The notes beneath the pieces are model-generated. The model saw only the letters and a program-made list of their open reading frames with translations. It was not told where the DNA came from and ran no database searches. From sequence record NC_019526.1: a stretch of DNA of 64,000 nt, one strand, 5' to 3'. Position numbers and translations under genes: made by a program. This document shows, in pieces, positions 26,835 to 37,175 of the stretch. Position 1 is the stretch's first letter, and each line of letters opens with the position of its first letter.

Positions 26835-26843
26835 GGAGAATAT

Positions 26844-27938
26844 ATGAGTGATTTTTTTGATTCATTTATAAGTACGGGTACAAATGTTATCGATACTGTA
26901 CTTGATAATGTAAGTATAGTGAAAGATCCACCATTTGAATATTTTAACGCTGCACAACGTGTTTTCGGAACAGCAGGGGAACAGGGATTTACTTTTTATA
27001 ATCTACCCAAATTCAAAAACTGTTTTATCATAGAATTTGTACTCACACCATTTGCAAAGGATTTTATTAAATCACAATTACAAGATACACATAATGATTT
27101 TGATGTTAATAATGTATCTTGTTATGTAAAAGATGTAGTACTTCCAAGTTTTTCTTTTGAAATCGAAAGAATAAATCAGTACAATAAGAAAAGAATTTCA
27201 CCTGGTAAAATTACATATAAACCGAGTACTGTGACATTTTACGATACAGTTGATAGTGCTGCATATCTTTTAATGGATGCGTACAGAAAATTCTATTATG
27301 GTGATTTTTTTGCAAAAACACAAAACTCTTACAGAAATGATGTTTTGAGTAATCCAAATAATTTCAATGGTCTAGGTTCCAATTGGGGTCGTTCAGTACT
27401 TAATGTTGGTAATTACGATAGTTATTATTTCTTCAAACAAATTAATATCTATGAAATTGACAACGAAAGATACACGGTTCATAACATGATTAATGTTTTT
27501 ATTGAAGATGTTCAGTTGGAAACCAAATCAATGGAGAGTACGGGGGATCCATCATTGATTAGTCTAACTATGCAGTACGAATCATGCAATAACTTTAACC
27601 CACAAGGTTATTTGAGTATAGGTGTACCTACTGTTGAAATTGCACAATTGGTCACTAATACAGATGGTCTTGGTGTTAGTGGGTTCTTCAAATATTTTGG
27701 TGAGCTTGATGATAAAACTCAAGGATTAACGACAATAGGGAAAATAATTCGTGCTGGGACTGCTGGTTATGATATTGTTACTTCCATTGAGGATATTTTA
27801 AGCGGGAACATCACGACCGATACAGTAAGAAATATAGGTTCTGCTATTTCAAAAGGTGCTGATGCTATTGGTTTGGGTAGTATTATATCAGATGCAAGTA
27901 CCAGTTTTGGCTTGGGTAATTTATTGGGTGACTTTTAA
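26844..27938 (+). CDS. tube-fold baseplate/tube-initiator protein
   Basis: VVLPSFSFEIERINQYN...ITYKPSTVTFYD resembles the gp19/gp48/gp54 fold; Gly-rich amphipathic C-terminus. Confidence 0.55.
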   Translation: MSDFFDSFISTGTNVIDTVLDNVSIVKDPPFEYFNAAQRVFGTAGEQGFTFYNLPKFKNCFIIEFVLTPFAKDFIKSQLQDTHNDFDVNNVSCYVKDVVLPSFSFEIERINQYNKKRISPGKITYKPSTVTFYDTVDSAAYLLMDAYRKFYYGDFFAKTQNSYRNDVLSNPNNFNGLGSNWGRSVLNVGNYDSYYFFKQINIYEIDNERYTVHNMINVFIEDVQLETKSMESTGDPSLISLTMQYESCNNFNPQGYLSIGVPTVEIAQLVTNTDGLGVSGFFKYFGELDDKTQGLTTIGKIIRAGTAGYDIVTSIEDILSGNITTDTVRNIGSAISKGADAIGLGSIISDASTSFGLGNLLGDF

Positions 27939-27971
27939 TAAAATACAGTTAATTCACAAAATGTTCTTTAA

Positions 27972-29002
<1,031 letters not shown>

Positions 29003-29039
29003 ATTAAACGACAACTTTATATTAATTTTGGAGTTATTA

Positions 29040-29588
29040 ATGATTAATTTACAAAAAATTCTCACCGATAATAAGCCTGTATATGAATACAGGATTAAAT
29101 TTGCAACTGAACCGAGTACTGAAGACTTGAGTAAAATTACTCAACGACTTACAGATCGTTATGATGCATTTGAAATTGGTGCAGTTAAGAAAACTATTTT
29201 TATGGATAAACCACTTGATTTTTATGATATGGATTGTGGTGAAATCTGGATGTTTGATTTTAAATGTAATCGTGGAGTACAAACCAATGTTCTTACTTAT
29301 GAAATTGGTAATCTTCTGTGTATGAGTGAAGCACTAATTCGAGTGCGTAGTAAAGATTCACCAACTCAAATTGAAATGTCAATTGGTGAAGATGACATTG
29401 ATTTTGATACAGTAGAAGTAATTGGCGTTGATGTAGGTGCGGCTGTTGATAGTACTGGAATTGCTGGTCAGGAACGTGCAGATCAAGCAGTGAAAGATTC
29501 ACTTAAAGCATCTGAAGAAGTAAGGGGAGCACACAAAAAAGATAAGTACACTCACTATATGAGTGCGGCTTTTGGTAATAAGGAATAA
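29040..29588 (+). CDS. hypothetical protein
   Basis: ATG 29040 after GGAG; within late operon. Confidence 0.75.
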   Translation: MINLQKILTDNKPVYEYRIKFATEPSTEDLSKITQRLTDRYDAFEIGAVKKTIFMDKPLDFYDMDCGEIWMFDFKCNRGVQTNVLTYEIGNLLCMSEALIRVRSKDSPTQIEMSIGEDDIDFDTVEVIGVDVGAAVDSTGIAGQERADQAVKDSLKASEEVRGAHKKDKYTHYMSAAFGNKE

Positions 29589-29592
29589 TAAT

Positions 29593-30138
29593 ATGAGTTT
29601 ATTTGATGAAGTAATTACACATAATACCGAACTTCAAGAAGACCGTCCATATAGCCGCACACAGGGTGCTATTGATGCTGCTAAAGGTAAAGTCAAAGGT
29701 ATGTTTGGCTCGGGTCAGGTAGAGCAAGGTGCACAAGAAGTTGGTGCAGAAGCTAACAAGTACTGGAACGAATTTAAACGCTATATTGGTAGAAAATATG
29801 GTAAATCCCAAAGTACGGTTCCATATAGTGATGTTGAAGAGTTCTTTAAAGGGAATAATCTTGATACTAAGTTTCTTGGTAACAACAATCGTCGTTCATT
29901 TACTCCCAAAGATGTAGGTAATGCACTATTACAGGCAGTTCGTCAGGAAATGAATGATTATAAAAAACAGGAAGAACCAAAACAAGAACAACCAAAACAA
30001 CAGGATGACACTACTACACAAGAACGTCCTTCTACTGGTTCAGATCAGGGACAACCGGGTTCGTCTGATTCTCTAAATAATGAAATACAGAGACTTACAC
30101 CAGCAGAACGCAGTCAATTACTTTCCCTGCTGGCATAA
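29593..30138 (+). CDS. hypothetical protein, probably virion-associated
   Basis: ATG 29593 after AGGA. Confidence 0.75.
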   Translation: MSLFDEVITHNTELQEDRPYSRTQGAIDAAKGKVKGMFGSGQVEQGAQEVGAEANKYWNEFKRYIGRKYGKSQSTVPYSDVEEFFKGNNLDTKFLGNNNRRSFTPKDVGNALLQAVRQEMNDYKKQEEPKQEQPKQQDDTTTQERPSTGSDQGQPGSSDSLNNEIQRLTPAERSQLLSLLA

Positions 30139-30149
30139 GAGGTGATTGA

Positions 30150-31097
30150 ATGTTAAATGAATTCAAAAGTGGTGTGACCGTGCCAAATGGGTATGTTTAC
30201 ACCAGTAAAACAGGTGCACGTTATGTTTTTCTGGAGTGTATGTGGTTTAATGAAAGTAATATGATGCTTGTTGATCCTCAAAAATATGGTAATATGTATT
30301 TGAGTGCAGTTGCACAGATCAATGAATACAATTCATCTTCTAATGAATACAAAATTGGTAATACATATAACAAAGATAACAAAACTTGTGTTTTTCTTGG
30401 TGAATCACGATTTATTACTGAAAATGGCACTATCATCAATGAAGACGATGAAAATACCAACCAGGTACCAAATGGTATCAGAATCACATCAAAAAATGGT
30501 AATGTTTACCAGAAAAAAGATGGTCAGTGGTTTAACATTGAAACCAAAAAAGCACTGAATAGTTCAGCGGCACAGGGTGCAGAACGTAGTGCACAAAAAA
30601 TGATTCAAATTCATAATTCAAATGAAGATAACATAAAAATTGGTAGTACTGTTACTTCTAAATCAAACAAAACTTATACTTATCTTGGTGGTGATCGTTT
30701 TATGGATGCTGGTGGTAGATTATTACCAAAAAGTACTGCTCAAGCTTTAATTCAAAAACACAAAGATGAAAAAAGTTCTGGGAAAGAAGAAGATGAACAA
30801 AAAACTGGTTCATCCGATGATACCAGTACTAATACCACTGACAACACCAATACCACTGATAATACAAATAGTTCAGATGATACTTCTGGTGGTACTGGTG
30901 ATACAGATAATCAAAGTTCTGATAATCCAATGCAAGAACTTGCTGATAAAATTAATGCATCTCCATATGCACGTAAAATTAAAGTTCTATTAACTCGTGC
31001 TGATAAAGTATCTTTGTTAGCCGCTGATATTTTTCTTAGTGGGAAACGAGAAGAAGTTACACAATTTATCAAATCATTAAATAATAATAATGAATAA
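30150..31097 (+). CDS. hypothetical protein with internal duplication
   Basis: two copies of a PNG..TSK.G..Y...W / KIG....K.NKT...LG..RF unit; D/T/S/N-rich linker. Confidence 0.8.
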   Translation: MLNEFKSGVTVPNGYVYTSKTGARYVFLECMWFNESNMMLVDPQKYGNMYLSAVAQINEYNSSSNEYKIGNTYNKDNKTCVFLGESRFITENGTIINEDDENTNQVPNGIRITSKNGNVYQKKDGQWFNIETKKALNSSAAQGAERSAQKMIQIHNSNEDNIKIGSTVTSKSNKTYTYLGGDRFMDAGGRLLPKSTAQALIQKHKDEKSSGKEEDEQKTGSSDDTSTNTTDNTNTTDNTNSSDDTSGGTGDTDNQSSDNPMQELADKINASPYARKIKVLLTRADKVSLLAADIFLSGKREEVTQFIKSLNNNNE

Positions 31098-31115
31098 TTA
31101 AAAGGATTTATTGAA

Positions 31116-32030
31116 ATGTCTAAAAAAATTAACGAAGCACAAGTTAAGATTGATATCATGAACTTAAATAGTTCAGATCTATCAACACTTGCTCGAATGA
31201 TGGAACTTGCTGGACAAGCCGAACAAGGTGCAGTGCCAAGTACATCTAGTTCTATTGGTGTACCAGGTAGTATTGCAGGTGCAGTCGATTCTATGGGTAA
31301 TACTGAACCATCTGAAGTTGAAGTAGGTTATGATGTTGATTCTAAACCAGATGTAAGTTCTTCTCTGGAAGTGGGTTCTGAGCCTGATGTTGATCCACTA
31401 CAAAGTTCAATTGAAGAACTTGGTGGTATGACTGATTTTGGTGCACAAGATGATGAACTAACTGATATCGACGTGGTAGAATCTGAAGAAATTGAAGACG
31501 AAGATGATATGATTGAAGAAGAGTTAAAACGTATGACTCAGTTATCTGGTATTGTCACTGAAGATGAAGATGTTGAAGTCGATTCCGATGATGATGATGA
31601 CAAAGATGAATCAGATGATGATGTAGATCTCGATGAATCTCGCATTATTCCAGATCTAAGTCTAGAAGAAGATACCAGTGATGTTACTGAGTATGGTCCT
31701 TTTGATTCTGAACAAGATGCTATCCGTGATGCAAAATGGAAGACTAATGGAGAACTGGGTGATAACTTCAACGTAGATCAAAAAGAAGATGGTCATTTCT
31801 ACTGGAGTCGTGTGATGCAAGAACAAGCGTTTAGTACTGAAGCAGATCCTGAATTAGTAGATACAGATGGTATTCAGTATTCACGTCACCGTATGAAACC
31901 AAAATTTAATGGTGCTGCTCTCGGTGATAACCCACTTCGTGAAGAAGAGCAAGAAGACGAAGAAACCGTTGATGATATCTTTGAAAGTCTACAAAAACGC
32001 TACACTGCTTTTGTTGGAGGTAAAAAATAA
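31116..32030 (+). CDS. very acidic hypothetical protein
   Basis: D/E tracts, AGGA RBS. Confidence 0.8.
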   Translation: MSKKINEAQVKIDIMNLNSSDLSTLARMMELAGQAEQGAVPSTSSSIGVPGSIAGAVDSMGNTEPSEVEVGYDVDSKPDVSSSLEVGSEPDVDPLQSSIEELGGMTDFGAQDDELTDIDVVESEEIEDEDDMIEEELKRMTQLSGIVTEDEDVEVDSDDDDDKDESDDDVDLDESRIIPDLSLEEDTSDVTEYGPFDSEQDAIRDAKWKTNGELGDNFNVDQKEDGHFYWSRVMQEQAFSTEADPELVDTDGIQYSRHRMKPKFNGAALGDNPLREEEQEDEETVDDIFESLQKRYTAFVGGKK

Positions 32031-32434
32031 TGTTTGATTATCGTAAACTAATGGAAGCACTTGATGCTATTGAAAATGGTGAAGACGTGCAACAGGACAG
32101 TGCTCCAGCAGCAAAAGAGGATGTGGTGGGGCATCTCAAGGATATCACCAATTCAATTATCGACATTCTTGATAAACTACAAAGTGGTGATGCCGATATG
32201 AATGAGGTTTGTAAAGATTTGCAAAAAGCTAGTGACATTCTGTCAGCATTGGCATATAATGATTCTACTGATTCAGATGAAGAATCTGATACAACTGATG
32301 ATACCAGTACTGAAGAAGTAACAGAAGATGTTGGTGTCGATGGTTATGAACCAACAGTGGATAATCAAGAACACCGTTCTTATAAAGAGAAAAGTGCACC
32401 ATCATATAGTTCTCGCCAAGGCTTTACTGGTTAA
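32030..32434 (+). CDS. acidic hypothetical protein
   Basis: GGAGG RBS, coupled start. Confidence 0.8.
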   Translation: MFDYRKLMEALDAIENGEDVQQDSAPAAKEDVVGHLKDITNSIIDILDKLQSGDADMNEVCKDLQKASDILSALAYNDSTDSDEESDTTDDTSTEEVTEDVGVDGYEPTVDNQEHRSYKEKSAPSYSSRQGFTG

Positions 32435-32446
32435 GTGATATGATGT

Positions 32447-32824
32447 ATGATGCCACGAGTTACCGACAGTACAAATTATCAGCTTGATGTACTTAATAAA
32501 GTTAAAGATGTTCATGAGTTAGAAGCTGATATCACTGATAGAATGCTACTAAGAAGCATATTTAACAATTACAGAAGTGGTGCTGGGTTAAGATTAAGCA
32601 AGTTTGGATATGAAATTTGTACAGAAAATAATCTTTACGAATTTACAAAAATCCCCTTGCAACGAGAAATAAAAAGCTCTATAATCTTTACTGCGTTGGA
32701 CAGAATATGTGTTAGTCCTTATTACTCTGATGGATGTTACATTTATTTGTCTGATGGTATGGTAGTTACTGAATTGACTTTTTGCTGTGATGATTTTAAA
32801 ATACTTTTTGAAATGCACATGTAA
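32447..32824 (+). CDS. hypothetical protein
   Basis: 125-aa ORF ending the late operon. Confidence 0.7.
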   Translation: MMPRVTDSTNYQLDVLNKVKDVHELEADITDRMLLRSIFNNYRSGAGLRLSKFGYEICTENNLYEFTKIPLQREIKSSIIFTALDRICVSPYYSDGCYIYLSDGMVVTELTFCCDDFKILFEMHM

Positions 32825-32856
32825 AAAACACTTCGAAAAAAAATTAAAAAAAATGT

Positions 32857-32884
32857 TTGACAAAGCTGATTAATGTGATATAAT
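32857..32884 (+). promoter_or_regulatory. sigma70-type promoter
   Basis: TTGACA-16-TATAAT with extended -10 TG and A-tract UP element. Confidence 0.75.
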
Positions 32885-33096
32885 GCTCAGCATAAAGACA
32901 AACAACATCAACGAATTTAATGATTGAATAGTTGATGAAATGTCATCATAATTAATGATGTACCTTTTAAGTACCAAGGATGAATTACTAAGTTAGGACT
33001 GCTAAGTTAAAAATAAAAACTTTCAGTCCTTTACTTTTGCTTACGGAAAAGCTATCATATAAACGTAACGATTTCTTAAACCAAAAGGAAAATACA

Positions 33097-34431
33097 ATGT
33101 CTAAAGCTGATCAAAACGATATCCTGAACGTAACTCTGACCCCAAAGAAAGCAAAAATGGCAATTGCTATTGCTGATAAAATCCAAGATTCTCTGATGAT
33201 TTGGGGTTCCCCTGGTATCGGTAAATCTGCTATCGCACGTCAGTACGCTGATGAACAGTACCCGCTGCGTAAGGATAATGTTGGTAAACTCGAATTCATG
33301 CGTCAACAAGTTGAAGTTGCCGATGATTCCGAAAAAGCACAACTGCAACGCGAACTGGAAGCATTTGAAGCCAAACTGATTGACCAGGATTCAAACTTCA
33401 TCGACTTCCGCCTGTCGCAAATTGAACCATCTGATCTCCGTGGTATTCCAGTACCAGAGAAAGTATATAAAGATGATAAAGGTAATATTCTGGCTGAATC
33501 TGACCTGGATCAAGTTAATAACTACATCGCAGAAACTGCTGTTGTGTGGGCTGCACCAAAAGTACTGAAACTTCCAGAAGACTGGAAAGGTGTTATCCTG
33601 TTTGATGAGATTAACTCTGCTATGCCAATTGTACAGGCTGCGTCTTATCAGCTAATTCTCGACCGCTGTGTTGGCGAAATGAAACTGCCGAAGACCGCTA
33701 TGGTACTTGCAGCAGGGAACCGCGAAACTGATGGTGGTGTAACATTCGCACTGGCGACCCCACTGCGTGACCGTATGACCCATATTGAGATGGTACCATA
33801 TCATCAGGATTGGATTGACGATTACGCAATTAGTAAGCGTGTTAACCCAGCAACCGTTGCGTTTATCAATAACACTGGTGCTAAGTACTTTAACACACTG
33901 TCACCAAATGATCCGTCTCATAGCGGTGGTACCTCTCCACGTTCATGGGAAACCGTAGCTCGCTACGAAGATCTGAAAAAACAGGGTGCGATTGATAAAG
34001 AAGTTTTCCGTGCACTGATTGCTGGTCGTGTTGGTGATGGTATTGCAACCGAGTACATCGAATATGTCGAAAACGTATCTAAACTACCAGATACCATGGC
34101 TATTCTGAATGGTGAGATTACCGAAATGGACTCTTCACTGGATATTTCAGCGAACTACTTTGTTTCACTGAACCTGGTGTATAAGATCATCGATCTGTAC
34201 TCAGAAAAACAGGCTAAACGCCTATCTGACAAAGAGTGGGGTCGTCTGGTGAACAATTTCATCCTGTTCCTGGATCACAACTTCAGTAACTGTCAAGATG
34301 AACTGTCTGTAATGGCGATTCGTACAATCACCAAAGCAAACGTCACTGTGAAATTTGCTGATGCTCCAGCGTTCCGTGACTTTGTTAAGAAGTATGAACA
34401 ACTGGTTCGTGCAGCACGCTCTCTTGGTTAA
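33097..34431 (+). CDS. MoxR-family AAA+ ATPase
   Basis: WGSPGIGKS Walker A, ILFDEINSA Walker B, AAGNR sensor, LRDR arginine finger; ATG 33097 after AAGGA. Confidence 0.88.
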   Translation: MSKADQNDILNVTLTPKKAKMAIAIADKIQDSLMIWGSPGIGKSAIARQYADEQYPLRKDNVGKLEFMRQQVEVADDSEKAQLQRELEAFEAKLIDQDSNFIDFRLSQIEPSDLRGIPVPEKVYKDDKGNILAESDLDQVNNYIAETAVVWAAPKVLKLPEDWKGVILFDEINSAMPIVQAASYQLILDRCVGEMKLPKTAMVLAAGNRETDGGVTFALATPLRDRMTHIEMVPYHQDWIDDYAISKRVNPATVAFINNTGAKYFNTLSPNDPSHSGGTSPRSWETVARYEDLKKQGAIDKEVFRALIAGRVGDGIATEYIEYVENVSKLPDTMAILNGEITEMDSSLDISANYFVSLNLVYKIIDLYSEKQAKRLSDKEWGRLVNNFILFLDHNFSNCQDELSVMAIRTITKANVTVKFADAPAFRDFVKKYEQLVRAARSLG

Positions 34432-34457
34432 TAAAAAGTTGAAATAGTACTTTACAA

Positions 34458-34486
34458 TAAGGATACCATTTGGTATCCTTATTTTT
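34458..34486 (+). terminator. terminator-like hairpin
   Basis: TAAGGATACC-attt-GGTATCCTTA followed by TTTTT. Confidence 0.7.
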
Positions 34487-34524
34487 ATCAAGAGGAAAGT
34501 GTTTTAATATACAAAGGGGTAATT

Positions 34525-35910
34525 ATGTCTGATTTTAAATTTGAAGAACCGAGTGTAGAATTGCAACGAGAGTGTCAGAACCGTATGATCATTGCTCGTA
34601 CTGCACTGATGTTGACTCATCCGTTTTTCGGTGTTCTTGCATCCCGCCTTCGTCCGGTAGCCAATAATACATGGTGCCGCACTATGGCTGTTGATGGTAA
34701 ACATCTTTTCTATAACGTTGAATTCGTTATGGGTGTTCAAGATCCAGCAAAAAAAGATATGTACAAAGAAGCAATTCGTGAAAAACTACCAGATGTTACA
34801 GAAGAGCAACTGGAAGCAATGACGAATGGACTAACGAATGAAAACATCATTGCAGTTATTTGTCATGAAATTCTGCACTGTGCATATGATCATTTCCTGC
34901 GTCGAGGTATGCGTGATCCAAGACGTTTTAACCGTGCTGCTGACTATGCAATCAACCAAATCATTGATCGTGATGGTATTGGTAAACTACCTGATGGTTG
35001 TCTGCTGGATAAGAAGTTTGAAAACATGACCGCTGAAGAAATCTATCTTCTACTGGAAGAAGAAGAGCAGCAGGGGCAAGGTCAACAACAAAAACAGCAG
35101 GGTGGTTCAGGGGATGGCCAGGGTCAATCCAGGGGTACTATGGGTGATTTGGCTAATGGTAGTCCAAAGGGTTCTACTATTGACCAGCACGACGTACCAC
35201 AAGATGGTGAGAATGGTTCTGATGAAGAAACTCGTAAAGGTTATATGGATGATTTCAAACAAGCAATGATGAATGCTGCTCGTGCTGGTGGTACACCCGC
35301 TGAAATCGCTCGTATGATTAAGAACTTCAAAGAACCAAAAATTGACTGGCGTTCTAAACTACAGCGTACTCTGCGTAGCTGGCTGAAATCCGATGCTACT
35401 TATCAGACTCCTTCTCGTCGTTCGTGGAGTACTGGTTTTGGTGCCAAGGGTTCATTCTATGGTTCTCCTATCTATCCGGGTATGAAACCAGATGAAGATA
35501 TTGATATCGCAATTGCACTAGATGCATCCGGTTCAATTTCTGAAGATATGCTACGTGATTTCATCGGGGAAGTACTTGGTATTACCAAACAGTTTAAACA
35601 ATTCAAAATTCGTATCATGACTTTTGATACCCAAGTTTATACGGTTAAAGACTATAAAACTGGAGAAGAGAAAAAAATTCTTGAATATCCAATTTATGGT
35701 GGTGGTGGTACTGATTTCGATGCAGTTTGGGAACATATGAAACAAGACAATTATGTTCCTAAACAACTGATCATGTTTACCGATGGTGAACCATGGCAAT
35801 CATGGGGTGATCCAAACTATTGCAAAACTCTGTTTGTGATTCATAGTAATCCTAACAAAGAAGCACCATTTGGTGAAACAGTACATTACGAGTACGAGAA
35901 AAAACGTTAA
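34525..35910 (+). CDS. putative metallopeptidase-VWA protein (DUF2201-like)
   Basis: TMAVDG, HEILH zincin motif, Q/G linker, MIDAS DASGS, GGGGTDF. Confidence 0.85.
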   Translation: MSDFKFEEPSVELQRECQNRMIIARTALMLTHPFFGVLASRLRPVANNTWCRTMAVDGKHLFYNVEFVMGVQDPAKKDMYKEAIREKLPDVTEEQLEAMTNGLTNENIIAVICHEILHCAYDHFLRRGMRDPRRFNRAADYAINQIIDRDGIGKLPDGCLLDKKFENMTAEEIYLLLEEEEQQGQGQQQKQQGGSGDGQGQSRGTMGDLANGSPKGSTIDQHDVPQDGENGSDEETRKGYMDDFKQAMMNAARAGGTPAEIARMIKNFKEPKIDWRSKLQRTLRSWLKSDATYQTPSRRSWSTGFGAKGSFYGSPIYPGMKPDEDIDIAIALDASGSISEDMLRDFIGEVLGITKQFKQFKIRIMTFDTQVYTVKDYKTGEEKKILEYPIYGGGGTDFDAVWEHMKQDNYVPKQLIMFTDGEPWQSWGDPNYCKTLFVIHSNPNKEAPFGETVHYEYEKKR

Positions 35911-35916
35911 TAAACA

Positions 35917-35953
35917 AAAAGACGGACTTTTTAATGTCCGTCTTTGTTTTTTT
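35917..35953 (+). terminator. rho-independent terminator
   Basis: AAAGACGGAC...GTCCGTCTTT followed by T tract. Confidence 0.75.
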
Positions 35954-36018
35954 TTGAACAAAATAAATATTCCTGATATAATTATTATGGAAAATCACAT
36001 TTACAAGGAAAGTGTATT

Positions 36019-36240
36019 ATGGAAAATGAAAATGTCCAACTTGAACTAGTTGATCTAATCAATGCAGCAAAAATTATGGAACACGCAATTAAACTAAATG
36101 TCTTCACCGTAGAAGAACTGGTTTCTGTTGCTCCAGTAGTATCTAAATTTATCAAATTCGCTAATAATGCATTACAAGACTCTCAGAACCAGGATTCTGA
36201 AAATTCAGAAACCACAGAAAGTGGTGACGTAAATGAGTAA
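36019..36240 (+). CDS. hypothetical protein
   Basis: AAGGA RBS, 73 aa. Confidence 0.75.
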   Translation: MENENVQLELVDLINAAKIMEHAIKLNVFTVEELVSVAPVVSKFIKFANNALQDSQNQDSENSETTESGDVNE

Positions 36241-36883
36241 TGTAGTACGTCATAAAGGCGTGATGCGAAATACTGGTTCACGTGTGTTCGTTGTTTTTCG
36301 TGAACTACCGGGTGAACCAGAATATTGTCTGGTTGTATTTCAAGATTCTCTACCAGAAGTATATACTTGGGCCGTTCGTGATCTAGTTTCAGGCCCAGGA
36401 CAAAATAGTACTGAATTACATGAAATCATGAATGCAGTTGGTGTTCTTGATGGTCGTAAAATGCTGAATGTATTACATGAAGGTAAGTACTTACGTAAAG
36501 TTCGTACTGCTGATGTGGACATGCATACTGGCGGAAATAACATTATTCCTCTTAATGTTCTTAATGAACGATTCAGTGCTAATCTTACCGAAGAATCAAA
36601 AATCAAAGATTACAACCCCTTTAATCCTGAAATGCAGGATACCAAAATCGAGGAAATGACTATTGTTTCTGAACTGATTAAAGAAGCTCAGAAATATGAA
36701 AAACTTTCTAAAGATTACTACGAGCGTCTTTATAACCTTGAACCTTCTATGCGTCCACAGGGTGAAGTTAAAGAAAGTGAAGGTTTCTTTAGTATCGAAT
36801 TTCCTAACGATATTTCACAAACTAAAGCAATTGAAAAACTGAAAAAAGTATTCTTGGAGCGTAAAAATAATGCCAACGATTAG
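36233..36883 (+). CDS. hypothetical protein
   Basis: 216 aa, coupled on both sides. Confidence 0.8.
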   Translation: MSNVVRHKGVMRNTGSRVFVVFRELPGEPEYCLVVFQDSLPEVYTWAVRDLVSGPGQNSTELHEIMNAVGVLDGRKMLNVLHEGKYLRKVRTADVDMHTGGNNIIPLNVLNERFSANLTEESKIKDYNPFNPEMQDTKIEEMTIVSELIKEAQKYEKLSKDYYERLYNLEPSMRPQGEVKESEGFFSIEFPNDISQTKAIEKLKKVFLERKNNAND

Positions 36884-37175
36884 TATAGAAGAAATTATTC
36901 TTATGCTAAAAGAAGAAAGGCAAAAACAAATTCATAGTCCAAATACTTTAGGTGATACAAATAAAACAAAAAATGACTGGACTGCATTATGTGCTTACTA
37001 TTTGTTTGAAGGAGCAAGTAGACCAGATAAACATGTATCATTTGATGAATTCAGAACATCATTGATTAAAGCAGGTGCTGTTATTATTGCAGCACTTGAA
37101 ACGAGTTTCGCTTTAGAAGATGAAAAACTAAAAGACTTGATGAATAAGCTTGAGAATAATCATGACGAAGAATGA
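36870..37175 (+). CDS. MazG-like (all-alpha NTP pyrophosphatase fold) protein, degenerate
   Basis: ERQKQ...DW...FR.SLIKAGAVIIAALE pattern; acidic metal ligands poorly retained. Confidence 0.5.
   Translation: MPTISIEEIILMLKEERQKQIHSPNTLGDTNKTKNDWTALCAYYLFEGASRPDKHVSFDEFRTSLIKAGAVIIAALETSFALEDEKLKDLMNKLENNHDEE

Noticed and set aside
29971-30000. 15-nt tandem repeat (EEPKQ/EQPKQ) and other low-complexity linkers
   Set aside because: Ordinary slippage in disordered linkers; no phase-variation frame effect.
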